Part shown: piece after piece, positions 37,173-49,419 of the stretch
Layout of the letters: each line of letters opens with the position of its first letter
How positions within the stretch are numbered: position 1 is the stretch's first letter
Origin: Batkoa obscura
Lineage: Eukaryota
Length of the DNA stretch: 64,000 nt
Reading direction: 5' to 3'
Assembly (NCBI GenBank): GCA_030770535.1
Contig: JASVEC010000001.1
Span: 1,984,001 to 2,048,000, forward strand
Notes under the pieces: generated by a model
What the model saw: only the letters and a program-made list of their open reading frames with translations
Databases searched by the model: none
Told to the model about the DNA's origin: nothing
Made by a program: the position numbers and the translations under genes

Positions 37173-38638
37173 ATGGAAGCAAATAAATATCAAAGTATTA
37201 GACAAATGTTACCTGTTCAAAATAGTGCCATTTCAATTAAATGTATTAATATATAATTTACGATTATATTTTGTTAAAAATAAACTTTCTATAGGTAAAT
37301 GTGCAGGTGAAGTTCGCAGAGTCACCATTCATAATGTTCCCACTTTTGATGAGTAGTAATAATAGTTTTAAAATAAGTTGTATTAATAAGCTTTAGACTT
37401 CTTTTTTTGGTTCATCGTTTATTTAGAAGTAGACTTCCTGCCAACCTTAATAACATTGTGTTGAAGTATATCGACGAAGGTAATATTTAATTTAATTTAG
37501 ATTTATTCCATAACTATGAATAAACTATATATAGTGTTAATGGTTTGTTAATATTTTAATAGATAATGACCTAGTGTCAATAACTGATGATATTGATATT
37601 AACCATGCAATGGCTATATCAAATACTATTAAAATACTAGTATATGGTAATGAATATATATAATATAGATATAGCCATTAAACTTTATTTTAGATCATGA
37701 AAGAAATCCATTCCCAGATTTACCGACTCAACTTACTAACTTTTACTCAAATAATAATAAAATAAATACCTTAGATTTTTTAGAAGTTAGACAAGAAATA
37801 AGAGATATCAATAATAAGCTTGATCAATTATTTCACTCTTTGAAGAAGGATGTAAAATCTGAAAGTAAATAAAACCATAACATCATAAATTATGTTTCTA
37901 ATTATTTTATTAAAGATAAAACAAAACATAATAATACACTTTCTAATTCCGACATGGGTAATAATTTTAGAACCTTAAAAATATTAATCTTAATTTTATT
38001 TAGACCAACTTTTAGAGGGAACCAATGCTTTAAAGTTGGGAAATGCCTCAGATAGTACCTCAGGAGGTCCTAACATGAATTCTCAAGAAACTTCATCTCC
38101 ATCAAAACCTCAATCCTCTTATCCTCCCATTCCGCAACAATCAACTTATTCTGATAGCTCTCAAACATCTAGTAATATACAAAATTCTACACCCGCTCCT
38201 ACTAATCAACAGAATCAATATCCTCCAACTCAACAGCAAAATTCCTATCCGCCTGTACAACAAAGTATTCCACCAAATCAAATTCATTCTGGGAATCCAC
38301 TACATCAAGTACCTATTGGACAAAGTCAATCTCTATATCCCAGTGGCGGCCAACTTCCACCAAAACAAGGTTATGGCCAGGGGCCTTATTACCCATCTTC
38401 TCATCAATCTAACCCACAAGCCAGTGCTCCGTATCCATCGCAAAATAGTTTACCTCAACAACATCACCAATCTAGTTATCCACCCATTAGCAATAATTCT
38501 ACTGTCTCTGCTCAATATGGCCATACTTCTTATCCACCTACACCTTCCCATGCTTCTGGATATCCTCCACAATCATCTGGATACCCATCACAAGTCCCAC
38601 CTAGCCCAGGAGTATATCCAAATCCTTATCGTAATTAA
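37173..38638 (+). CDS. TFG: TFG-like protein: PB1 domain, coiled coil and Pro/Gln/Tyr-rich tail (multi-exon)
   Basis: Spliced IKCKCAGEVRRVTIHNVPTFDELLFLVHRLFRSRLPANLNNIVLKYIDEDNDLVSITDDIDINHAMAISNTIKILV; coiled coil LEVRQEIRDINNKLDQLFHSL; tail ends PPSPGVYPNPYRN. Confidence 0.85.
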
Positions 38639-38707
38639 AACTGAACTATTTTAAACTTCAATAAAATTATATTTGATAACTCTTTTATGGTTAAGTTATA
38701 ATAAACT

Positions 38708-39655
38708 TTATTGAGAATATTCAGAGTTTCCACCACATGCTTCAACTAATTCCTCTTCTTCTTTTGTTAATCGCAAATCTATAGCATTAGAGATAAGGTT
38801 CCTTCTAAACTCTAAAGAAGTATTAAACTCATTAACATCAAGTTTTTTACCACCTAATCGATGACCGTCTTCGTTTGTAGTATGCGAAGAATAGTAAGTG
38901 TTATTAGGATTATAAGTCTTTGCATTCGATGTTCTAGAGCCTTTTCCTTTTGTCCAGTCCAATTGAATTACTTCTTTATTCAAGGTTCTATTCAACTCAT
39001 GAAATTTAGCATCATGTTCTGAGTGAATCATATGAGCTAACTCGTGCATCAATACCTTTTTAACTTGATTATAATTAATAAACCCAGCAAAGTCATCTGT
39101 CCTTAATCTTAAAGCAATAATTTGCCCTTTATTTTTATTATAGCCTAAAATCTCTTTTTTAAGGGGTGATAACTCTATTAAGCTACTAACTTGCCACTGA
39201 TATTTTTTCATTATTCCAACAACTCCTAAATCCTGTTTTAATTTTGACAGAAACTCATATGCCTTTTCTTGGTTTGGGAACTCTGGTAAGGTTTCTAATT
39301 TATGAAATGTATATTTGGATAACTTTTGCTCTTCAAAGTCAATTTGCTTTCTAGGGGCTGCTGAAGCTACCGTTATCTTTGGCCGCGAATGTAGTTCCTT
39401 TTCTACACGTTGTAACTTGGATATATCTTTAATTGGTGTGGCTATCAATGTTACTTTTGATCCGTCTTTTAATGAGGTTTGATCTACTCTCTCTTCATCT
39501 TTTAATATCCTTTTATATACCAACTTTAAATATTTCTTTTCAAGCTGAAGTTTTAAGGCTATTTGTTCTTTAATGCATGCTACTGTTGAATCAGAAGTAA
39601 CTTGTATTGACGTAGTGTTTCCTTTATATTGGATTAATATGCTAAATGACTCCAT
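38708..39655 (-). CDS. UBL-WLM zinc metalloprotease (Wss1 family), single exon
   Basis: N-terminal ubiquitin-like domain; WLM motifs LGYNKNKGQIIALRLRTDD and VLMHELAHMIHSEHDAKF (HExxH). Confidence 0.92.
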   Translation of the reverse strand: MESFSILIQYKGNTTSIQVTSDSTVACIKEQIALKLQLEKKYLKLVYKRILKDEERVDQTSLKDGSKVTLIATPIKDISKLQRVEKELHSRPKITVASAAPRKQIDFEEQKLSKYTFHKLETLPEFPNQEKAYEFLSKLKQDLGVVGIMKKYQWQVSSLIELSPLKKEILGYNKNKGQIIALRLRTDDFAGFINYNQVKKVLMHELAHMIHSEHDAKFHELNRTLNKEVIQLDWTKGKGSRTSNAKTYNPNNTYYSSHTTNEDGHRLGGKKLDVNEFNTSLEFRRNLISNAIDLRLTKEEEELVEACGGNSEYSQ

Positions 39656-39763
39656 TGATGTTTAAACTTGAAAAAAGCATTATTGTTCAGTTTTTATTTA
39701 TATAGCGGTTGCTTAGTGAGTGATTTTGATTACAAATCTAAATTTTATTAGTAATTTTATATT

Positions 39764-39920
39764 GATCTGGTAAAATCTAAAAAGATCATGATTTGAAATT
39801 TGCTTTAACTAGAGGTAAATGCTACCAGATACAGCTGCTGCAACTCTATTGCGATCTAGCTTGCACTAATTTTTGGAGCTCGTTATTTGTTTATTTGACG
39901 CCTAACCTTAGCTTTAGCCT
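39764..39920 (+). ncRNA. Candidate structured RNA with an Sm-site-like motif (unclassified)
   Basis: Stem ATCTGGTA/TACCAGAT, hairpin GCAA-CTCTA-TTGC, AATTTTTGG at 39868-39876 and a 3' hairpin CGTTA/TGACG. It does not match a canonical snRNA. Confidence 0.2.
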
Positions 39921-40738
39921 GTTTTATTAAAAAATTATTTTCAATGAACAGTTTAATCAGGTTATAATAACGTTGCGGCAGCTACATATCAAATTAATTG
40001 CTGTTTCCGAAAGTATATTTGACTAAAAGTTAGTATTATATACGTTTAATTTTATATCACTATTTTTTATGATGCATTACTATATTGCTATTTACTGATA
40101 AATTGAATACTGGTTTATAATACTTGAAGCAATTAATACCATTAGTACCATTACAATTGTTTATAAAAATTTATCGGCAGAATAAATTTATTTAAAATAT
40201 AAATATAAATATAAATATAAATATAAGTAACTGATAATATTAAAACTATGATATTTTAAGCTTAAAATTTTTTAAACGTAAAATTTTTGCTTAATGAGAA
40301 TGTAGATTCTGACATTTAGCTTGATAAACTTCATTAAATAATAAATCGAGTATTTGAATTGTAGTCAAATTTAAAAATATTAAATATTATCATGAGCTAA
40401 AGTATGAAAGTTAAAACTTCAGAAACAATGTAGCTTTCCATGTGTAATTTTATTTATTTAAATTATTTTAAAGTCAAATAAACCTGTTTTTGGAAATAAC
40501 AATAGTTTAACTGTGCTTTTGAATGAGTTTTTATTAATAAAATCAAAATAAACTTAGAAAATAAAGTTGAAAAAAAAGCCAATAAAACCAAGAAACTTCA
40601 ATCTTTAACCTAGGCGAACCAATAAAAAATGAAAGAGTCAGATTCCACGTAATAAAATTTATAGGGTTCCAACTAACAAAGGATAATAAACAACCAAATT
40701 TCAAGATTCTATTTAAACTTTATAAAAAAAAAAGTAAA

Positions 40739-43700
40739 ATGAAATTAAAAGAGATATCAAGAACTTCAACGATTGCATGGAGTCCAATACAAAGTTGTCA
40801 AGCTATTGTTACCGGTACTGTAGCTGGTGCTTTGGATGAAAATTTTTCTAATACTACTGAACTGGAAATTTTTAAGTTGGACTGGGCTACTAAACAAACT
40901 GACCTAAATGAGCCCGCTGCTGTGGTTACTAGTAACGCTAGGTATTTAAAAATAAAGATAATTTAAATTATCGTTTTTAATATAGTAACATAGATTCAAT
41001 CGTTTAACTTGGTCTTTACCACAATCAGATTATAACCTTGGTATTATTGCTGGTGGTATGGAAAATGGAGAAATAGATTTTTGGAACCCAGAAAAAATTC
41101 TTGCTGGTGAAGGGTAAATCAAAAAGTTACTGTCATAAAATTTATGTTAATTTTTCTATTTTATAGCTCAGAAGCAAGTTTAATCTCTAGACAAAATAAA
41201 CACAGTGGAGCTGTCAAAGGCTTAGAGTTCAACCCATTCCAAGCTAATCTATTAGCTTCTGGCGGTGGTAATGGAGAAGTAATTGATAATATTTCATCCA
41301 TTAAGTTAATAATTTATAATTAAATAACCTTAGGTTTTTATTTGGAATTTAGGGGATTTAACTAAACCATATAATCCTGGGCCAAAAAGTTCTAAACTTG
41401 GAGATGTAACTGATTTATCTTGGAATAAAAAAGTACCCCATATTTTAGCAACAAGTTCCAACTCTGGTTATACAGTTATTTGGGATTTAAAGAATCGTAG
41501 AGAAGTTATGTCTTTAGGTTATCAACAATCTGGAAGCTCAAACTTTTCTCATGGTGGCGTTACTTCTGTTGCTTGGAATCCAGATTCCGTAAATTGTTTT
41601 GTTGACTATTTTAGCTTTCACTCATTATTCTATTTTAGGCAACTCAATTAGTTACTGCTTCTGAAGATGATAATAATCCTGTTATTATGCTATGGGATCT
41701 TAGAAATGCTAATGCACCAGAAAAAGTGTTTTCAGGCCATAATAAAGGTGTTTTATCTTTAGCATGGTGTCCAATGGATTCCGATCTTTTATTAAGTTGT
41801 GGTAAAGATAACCGTAATATTTGCTGGAACCCAAAGAATGGGGAAATATTAGGAGAAGTAAGATTAGTAAACATTAATAAGTTCACTATCTAATCTATTT
41901 TTTAGCTTCCTCAAAGTAATAACTGGGCTTTTGATATTCAATGGTCTCCACGTAATCCAAATATATTGTCTTCTTCATCTTTTGATGGAAAGGTGAATAT
42001 TAATCTATTGACTAATTTTATTTACTAACTTTATTTAAGGTTACGATTCATTCTATACTATCATCTGATGAAGAAAAAGTAAAAACAGAGGTAGAAAATA
42101 ATGAAGATTTCTTTAATTCTAATGTCAGTGCCAATACTACTGCTTCAACCTTAAAACTAAAACAACCACCAAAGTGGTTCCGTCGTCCAGTTGGTGCTTC
42201 TTTTGGATTTGGTGGTCAATTAACTAGATTTAATAATACAAAGGGATCTGTCATCAGCGTTACTAATATTGTATCTGAACCAGTTGTTAAAGAAAGAGCG
42301 GAAGAATTGAAACAAGTTTTGGAACAAGAAAATATTGATGAGTTTATTAACAGGAGAATAGAACAATCACCTGATGATAAGCTTAGCTGGGATGTCATTA
42401 AGCTTTTATTTGAACAAGATTCACGTAAGCAATTGGTTGATATGTTAATTAGCAATAAAGATCTTTCTATTGAAAAATTAAATGAAGAATTAGCCAAGTT
42501 TAATTTGGATAAAGGAAGCGAAGGTGCGGATGAACCAAAAGAAGAAATAAAAGAGACCACTAAAGAAACAGTACAACTAAATGAGCTAGAAAATACTGAA
42601 GAAACCCAACAACTTAATGAAGAAAGTAATGATCATTTGTTTGGTGATAATGCTGGTCACGAAGACGATTTCTTTAATAAAACTCATCAAACTCAAGGAC
42701 AACCTATCGTTGAACAAATCGAAGACAAAAAGGATGAAATAATTTCAGACCCATTTTCGATCATTGGTTCAAATTCAGATTTACAATCGTTATTATCTAA
42801 ACTAATTATTGTAGGAGATTATAAATCGGCTGTCAAAGCATGTCTCAATAATCAACAATATGCTGATGCTCTGTTGATTGCCATGGTCAGTGGTAATGAG
42901 TTACTTGAGAAAACAAAGAATGAAATCTTTAAATTACGTCGTAATGAAGCTTCCTATGTAAGATTATTAGAAGGCGTAGTCAATGGTAACCTTGAGGATG
43001 TTGTACATAATGCTGATTTAGAAGAATGGGAAAAGATATTGACCATGCTTTGTACTTACGCCCAAGGGGAAGAGTTTGGTTTATTAACTGAGAAACTTGG
43101 TGTTAGATTGGCTAATAGCCCTGATAAGAGTGAACATAAAAAGAATGCTCTTTTATGTTTTCTGTTATCAGGAAATATTGAAAAAGTAGTTACTATTTGG
43201 GTTTCCGATTATCTTTCTAAACAAAATAATGCTTATGCAAATAATCAATTAAATAGTGAACAACCAACACCTTCAAATCAGATGTTTTATGATAGTAACA
43301 TTTTACAAGAATTAGTTGAAAAAGTGTCTTTATATATTAAAGCAGTCAACTTTGCAAGTGCTGAAAATGAGCAAGAGATTGAAAAGAACAAGAAACTGAA
43401 TACTCTTTATTCACTTTATTATGAGTATGCTCAATTTTTAGTTTCTCAAGGTTTATTAGATATTGCTGCCAAGTATCTTAATATGATTCCATTGAGTTAT
43501 AAAAAAGAAACAAGCGAAGATTCCTTAGATGAGTATTCAGCACTTAAATATCGTTTATACTACTCTGGCATTGATATAAGCTCATTTGATCCATCCTCTT
43601 TCCCATTTAATTATAATGAAATTGGTGGCAGCACTGGTACTGATAATAGTAATATTGCTCAACAACAGTACACTCAACCAAAAGCAACAAGCTATAGCAA

Positions 43701-45208
43701 TACTGCTAGTCAATATCCATCTACTGCACAAGAACCTTATTACGGTGGTGGCTACCAATTATACAATAATGCTGGTTTAGATCAAAGCTCAACCAATCAG
43801 TTGTACAATATAACTCCATTAGATCAAACCTCAACTAATCAATTATATAACCCAACTGGTTTAGGTCAAACTTCTGCCAATTCATTGTACAATACAAATA
43901 CTACTGCAAATAATTCAGATATATCTAGTTTATATAACCCATATCCAAACTATCCACCAACTAATACCAATACTCTCAATAATAACACATATCCAAACTA
44001 TGATAATAATAATATCAATGAAATTCAAGAAAGTATTACCCCACCTTCAGTACAGCGTGGCGGACCAGGATGGAATGATCCACCAACAGAAGTATTTGCT
44101 AGTAAACATAAGAGTAATGCTAATAAAGCTTCAGCTTTAACTAATCCATTTGCTAACTCACCATCACCAATGAATAGTATGCCTATTCCAAACCATCAAA
44201 ACACTTCAGCACCACCAGCCTATGGAGGAGTTAACAAAAACTTACCACCACCACCAAAAGGCGGAAAGGCACCTACACCATTCTATCAGCATAAAGAGCA
44301 AAATACTAATCCTAATGTAAATCAAAATATTGGATTCCAACCACCTCTACCACCACAACATCATCAGCTACAGCAACCCCCATCTCATTTACCACCCCAA
44401 CAACATAATCAACAACAACAACAACAACAACAACAACCTATATCCCATATGCCACCACCACAACAAAAACCTTTATATCAGACAAATCCAGTTAAACCAA
44501 CTCATGCTGCACCACCATCTCAACCTGCTCAAAGGGTACCTTCTGGACAACCAGGACAAGTACCAGGACAAGCACCAGGACGTAACCCACAACAACCATT
44601 ACATCAACAACAACAACCACCACGTCAGCAACCTTTCCACCAACAACAACAACCACAGCAGCAACAATTATCAGCTGTATTATCACCACCTCAAGCTAAA
44701 CAAAATGGTGATCTAATTATTAATTACATTAAATATAATATTAATAATTTATAGTATCATTAGATAGAAATAAAATGCCACCAAAATATAAGGAACTATA
44801 TGAAATGTTAAATAAACATATTGTTACATTTAAAAGTTTAGCTTTGGTAAGTTTATTTAATAAAGATATTTAGTATAAACTAATTTATTAATTAATTTAT
44901 AGCCGCCACCCCAAATGAAAATGTTTGCTGATATTGAAAAACGATTGAATCAGTTATTTGATAGTATGAATCAAGATACTTTAGCTCCTTCAATTTTATC
45001 TCCTTTAACCGAGTTTGCTAAAGGTAAGTTTTAATATTATCATATCTTTAAATACATAATGCTAATATTCTTTATAGCCCTTGATAGAAAAGATTATGCC
45101 AATGCTATTTCCTTACATTCTCAATTAGTATCTACTCATGTTAACCAAGTTGGACCTTGGGTCGCTGGTTTAAAACATTTAGTTACTTTATTAAGATCTA
45201 AACCTTAA
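40739..45208 (+). CDS. SEC31: COPII outer coat protein Sec31 (multi-exon)
   Basis: [23 protein letters not shown]40 repeats, [23 protein letters not shown]1 region, GWNDPP, Pro/Gln-rich region and a C-terminal helical domain. Confidence 0.97.
44385..44670 (+). repeat. (CAA)n/(CCA)n coding microsatellites (poly-Q/P) in SEC31
   Basis: Visible caacaa runs, for example 44411-44435. Confidence 0.8.
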
Positions 45209-45842
45209 ATTGAAATTTTAGGCCTAATATGATATACTCTACTCCCTTCTTGAACACCCCTTATGAAAAGTCTTGATAACAAATAAATAGTACTTTGTTA
45301 TATAGTTTTTTGCCAGTTTGTAGTTTTTTCAATATTTTTCTAGTTTATTTAAGTTTAAACAAAAAGAATTGTATTTATTTAACTAATAATATATCTTGGC
45401 GATGCTGAGTATATTAAATAGGTATTAAAATTTTATGCTAATATTATGGTCTAACATTTAAATAGTTATGATTAATCTATTATTTTTATATTTTAAAATC
45501 TAATACAATTAGTAACTTTTAAATTACTTAACCATGACCATCTTGAATTCATTAAATTAATAAATTCTTCTAGATTTTACTAGAATAAAGCCAAGTTTAA
45601 GCCTACCAATAAAGGCTTACCAGCAATTCAAGAATAACGTTGAACTCGCAGCTTCAATGTCATCGAAGCTTTGCAATTCATCCAAAAATCAACGAATCAA
45701 AAGACTACTAATTCAAAATAATAACAATTTCGATCTAAGCAAATAAGCAAATTCGAGAGGTGACTAACTATATAAAGCATCAAGAAAAACTGGATTAAAA
45801 GTTTTTAATAAAATAAAATTTGATAAAGTAAATTAATAAAAC

Positions 45843-46337
45843 ATGGAAGATTGGGATAAAGTCACTGTAATTCGTAAACGTCCAGAACGTGCTACTGTAG
45901 CTAAGGGAGCATCAGCTGTTAATCAAGCCTTCCGTACTGGTGGTGTATCTACTGAAAAGAAGTGTAAGTATTAAGATTTTATAAAAAAGCTATTAATATT
46001 GAAAAATTAAATTAAATCTTCACTAGTCACTGGAGGTTCTAACAAATCCGCCGATGCTGAATTTCAACGTAAAGCTAAAATTGATGCTGAAACAGATGCA
46101 GTTGCTCCAGCTTTATTAAGCTTAGATGTTGGTAAAACAATTCAAAAATTTCGACAAGAAAAAGGGTTAACGCAAAAAGACCTTGCTACAAAAGTCAACG
46201 AAAAAGCTAATATTATTAATGATTATGAAATGGGTCGTGCTCAACCTAATCAACAATTGCTCGGTAAACTTGAACGTGTATTAGGCGTTAAATTAAGAGG
46301 GAAAGATATTGGTGGACCATTGTTTAAGAAGAAATAA
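45843..46337 (+). CDS. MBF1: Multiprotein-bridging factor 1, 2 exons
   Basis: [13 protein letters not shown] and [50 protein letters not shown]. Intron ~45964-46026. Confidence 0.96.
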
Positions 46338-46658
46338 GTTATTTTTTGAGCACTTTTTTTTGGAGATTAAAAGAATTAGATTTTTTTGAAGTTTAATAAT
46401 GTTTCTGACTATTTTTTTTTGTTATATTGTTACTTTATTATGATTATATCAGGTTTTATTATTGTAGTTTATTATCACTCGGTTTGTTTCATACTAACTG
46501 TCATAATTATTAGCCAAAATTGTGGAAAAAATGTGACAATTGATATATAAAACAAATCAAGTATAGTTAATATTTTCAATTGAAATTTAATTTCATGAAA
46601 AATTCAATCAAATTTGATTTAGTAATTTGACTTGAAATTTCTTGATTAATTTTACAAA

Positions 46659-47210
46659 ATGATACAACTAAATGAAGTAAGGAATCAAACAAAAACAAAA
46701 ATTAACAATACTAATAAACTACCATAAAGATACCAATAAATTATGTAATAGCCTCCATAATAGTTATAGGTTTGGGTTACTATTTATTAAATATCAATGA
46801 TAAGAAAGTGAAAACTAAAAAAGTGGAGGTAATTCATTACAATCTAATTTTTTTAAATAGTAAATCTAATTCCCCTATCACAGCCCGAACTGACGGAAGA
46901 AGAACATCACATAAAGAAGCTCAACTCTATAAAGGCCGATAGTGAAAGTAAGATTGAGTTAATCTACCCTAAATTCATCACCAAATTAGATTTATATAAA
47001 GCTGGTGAAAAAACAGCAAAGTTAAAAGAGGAGATTAAGTTAGATCACGTTAAATTAAGTGAATTGTTGTTAACTAATTTAATTAAATTGGATGATATTG
47101 AATGTACTCATTTACCTGAAGTAAGAAGTCAAAGGAAATTAGTGATTAAATTTATTCAAGAAAAAATCAAAGAGATTGACCAATTGTGGGCTGAAATTAA
47201 AGAGGATTAA
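46659..47210 (+). CDS. Membrane-anchored BAG-domain Hsp70 co-chaperone (Snl1-like), 3 exons
   Basis: Spliced MIQLNE|IPINYVIASIIVIGLGYYLLNINDKKVKTKKVE|PELTEEE...LSELLLTNLIKLDDIEC...EVRSQRKLVIKFIQEKIKEIDQL. Not in the ORF track. Confidence 0.85.
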
Positions 47211-47535
47211 ATAAAAAGATTTTTTAGATATATAAGAGTGATAAAGGACGTTTATTATTACTTAATTTAACTTAATTTAATTTAATTTAATTTAATTTAT
47301 CAAATAGCTAAAACAATATTACTAATACTACTATTTTTTTTATATTACTCTTCTGTATTTTTGATTTTATTATATTCTCTTATTATACTTATTGGTAATA
47401 AATCTTAAATTAAATGCGAGAAATAGCACCAATGACAACATATTGCTAAAAAGTGACACCATTCGAAAAAACCAGTATAAAAACTCAATAACTTACGTAG
47501 CAAAAAATTCAATCATTTTTTACAAAACAATCCAA

Positions 47536-49371
47536 ATGAAAGTATTAAAAATAATCAAACCCAAGGTTAATATATTCAAAAAAAAATATTCTACTTCTCC
47601 ATTTGAATTGTTGACCCCAAATAAAGTAAATATGAATTTATTAAATTTATTAATTAAATCCCACTTATCTCTTTTCATTTGCAGCCTGTCAACGGTTTTA
47701 TTGGAGCGGTTGGAAACACACCATTGGTATTTGAATTCCGAATTCATCTTCTTGACCTTTTAACTCTTGTTTATTTAGATAAAAATTAATTCCTTAAGTA
47801 AAGAAACTGGATGTGAGATATTAGCTAAAGCGGAATTTATGAACCCTGGTGGCTCGGTAAAAGATCGAGCTGCATTATATGTAGTTTTAGATGCTGAAGA
47901 AAAAGGATTATTAAAACCTGGTGGTACCGTAGTAGAAGGAACTGCTGGTAAGTTCTTATTTTTGGGAATTTCGGATGAATAGTGGTGATTGATTGTTGGA
48001 GAGGATTTGAGATAGGGATGTGATGAAGACTTTGATTGATTTTGATCTAAATAGGTAATACTGGTATTGGTCTTGCGCATGTATGTCGAGCTAAAGGTTA
48101 TAAATGTGTAATTTATATGCCCAATACACAGGTAAGATTATCTCAAATTTTGACATTATCTAAATAATTAATTATGAACTATGTATTATTCTATAGAGTC
48201 AAGAAAAAATTGATTTATTAAAAATGTTAGGTAAATAATGATCAAATAATAATTTTAAAAACAAATCCTCAATTTTATTTTTTAGGTGCTGAAGTTTATC
48301 CAGTACCAGCAGTCGCTTTTGAAAATCCAGAAAATTACAATCATCAAGCTAAAAGACATGCTGAAAAATTAGAAAATGCAGTATGGACTAATCAATTTGA
48401 TAATACAGCTAATCGAAGAGCACATATTGAAACAACAGGACCAGAAATCTGGAAACAAACTGAAGGTAAGTATTGATAATAATAAAAATTATTGATCTTA
48501 AAAAAATAGATCAAATAATAATAATAATAATAATAATAATATAAAGGATGAAATTGATTAAGATTAATTCCATTTTTATTAATAATAAAATAGGAAAAAT
48601 TGATGCTTTTACATGTGCTACTGGAACTGCTGGTTCGTTTGCTGGAATATCCTCTTATTTAAAAAGACAAGATAAAAATATTCATTGTTATTTAGCGGAT
48701 CCACCAGGCTCTGTATTAACTTCCTATTTTACATCTGGTGGTAAATTATTTGAAAGACAAGGTTCTTCAATTACAGAAGGTAAATTTTGAATAATAATGA
48801 ATAACAATGAATAGCAATTGATATGAATATAATAATAATAATAATAATATTTTTTAATAAAAGGTATTGGTCAGGGAAGAATTACAAATAATTTAAAAGA
48901 GGATTTAAATTTAGTTCATGAGGCTTTTACTGTACCCGATGAAGCTTCAATTGAAATGGTAAAATTAATTACTGATTTAGTAAAAAAATTGATTCATTAT
49001 TATTACTTTAAGGTTTATAAATTGCTTCATAATGATGGTATTTATGTTGGTGCATCATCGGCATTAAATGCAGCTGCGGCAGTTGAAGTAGCTAAAAGAG
49101 AAGGGCCTGGTAAATAACAACAATAATAATAACCAAAGTAAATTTTAAAATTTAAATAGGTAAAAGAATAGTAACATTATTATGTGATGGAGCATACCGA
49201 TATCAATCTAGATTATTTAGTAAAATTTGATTATTAATATATTAATAAGAAATAAGAAAATACTAACAACAATTTATTTATTTATTTTTATTAGGTTATA
49301 AATGGTTAGAATCAAAAGGTTTATTGTCGGCTATACCACAAGATTTAAAAAAGTATATTGTACTTGAATAA
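47536..49371 (+). CDS. Cysteine synthase (O-acetylserine sulfhydrylase family, PLP), probable mitochondrial presequence; multi-exon
   Basis: [68 protein letters not shown] and LCDGAYRY. Confidence 0.95.
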
Positions 49372-49419
49372 TAAAATTACATTAAATAATAATAGTAATT
49401 GTTATGTTATTATTATTGT

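Noticed and set aside
39900..39910. CCTAACCT as a telomerase RNA template
   Set aside because: Too short, lies downstream of the Sm-like site rather than upstream, and has no supporting structure.
45500..45790. Possible spliced - strand gene divergent from MBF1
   Set aside because: Splice-like signals are present, but the exon combinations I tried hit stops in all frames; probably promoter DNA.
47392..48080. ORFs 47392-47763, 47520-47747 and 47775-48080
   Set aside because: Read-through of cysteine synthase exons and introns, or its antisense.
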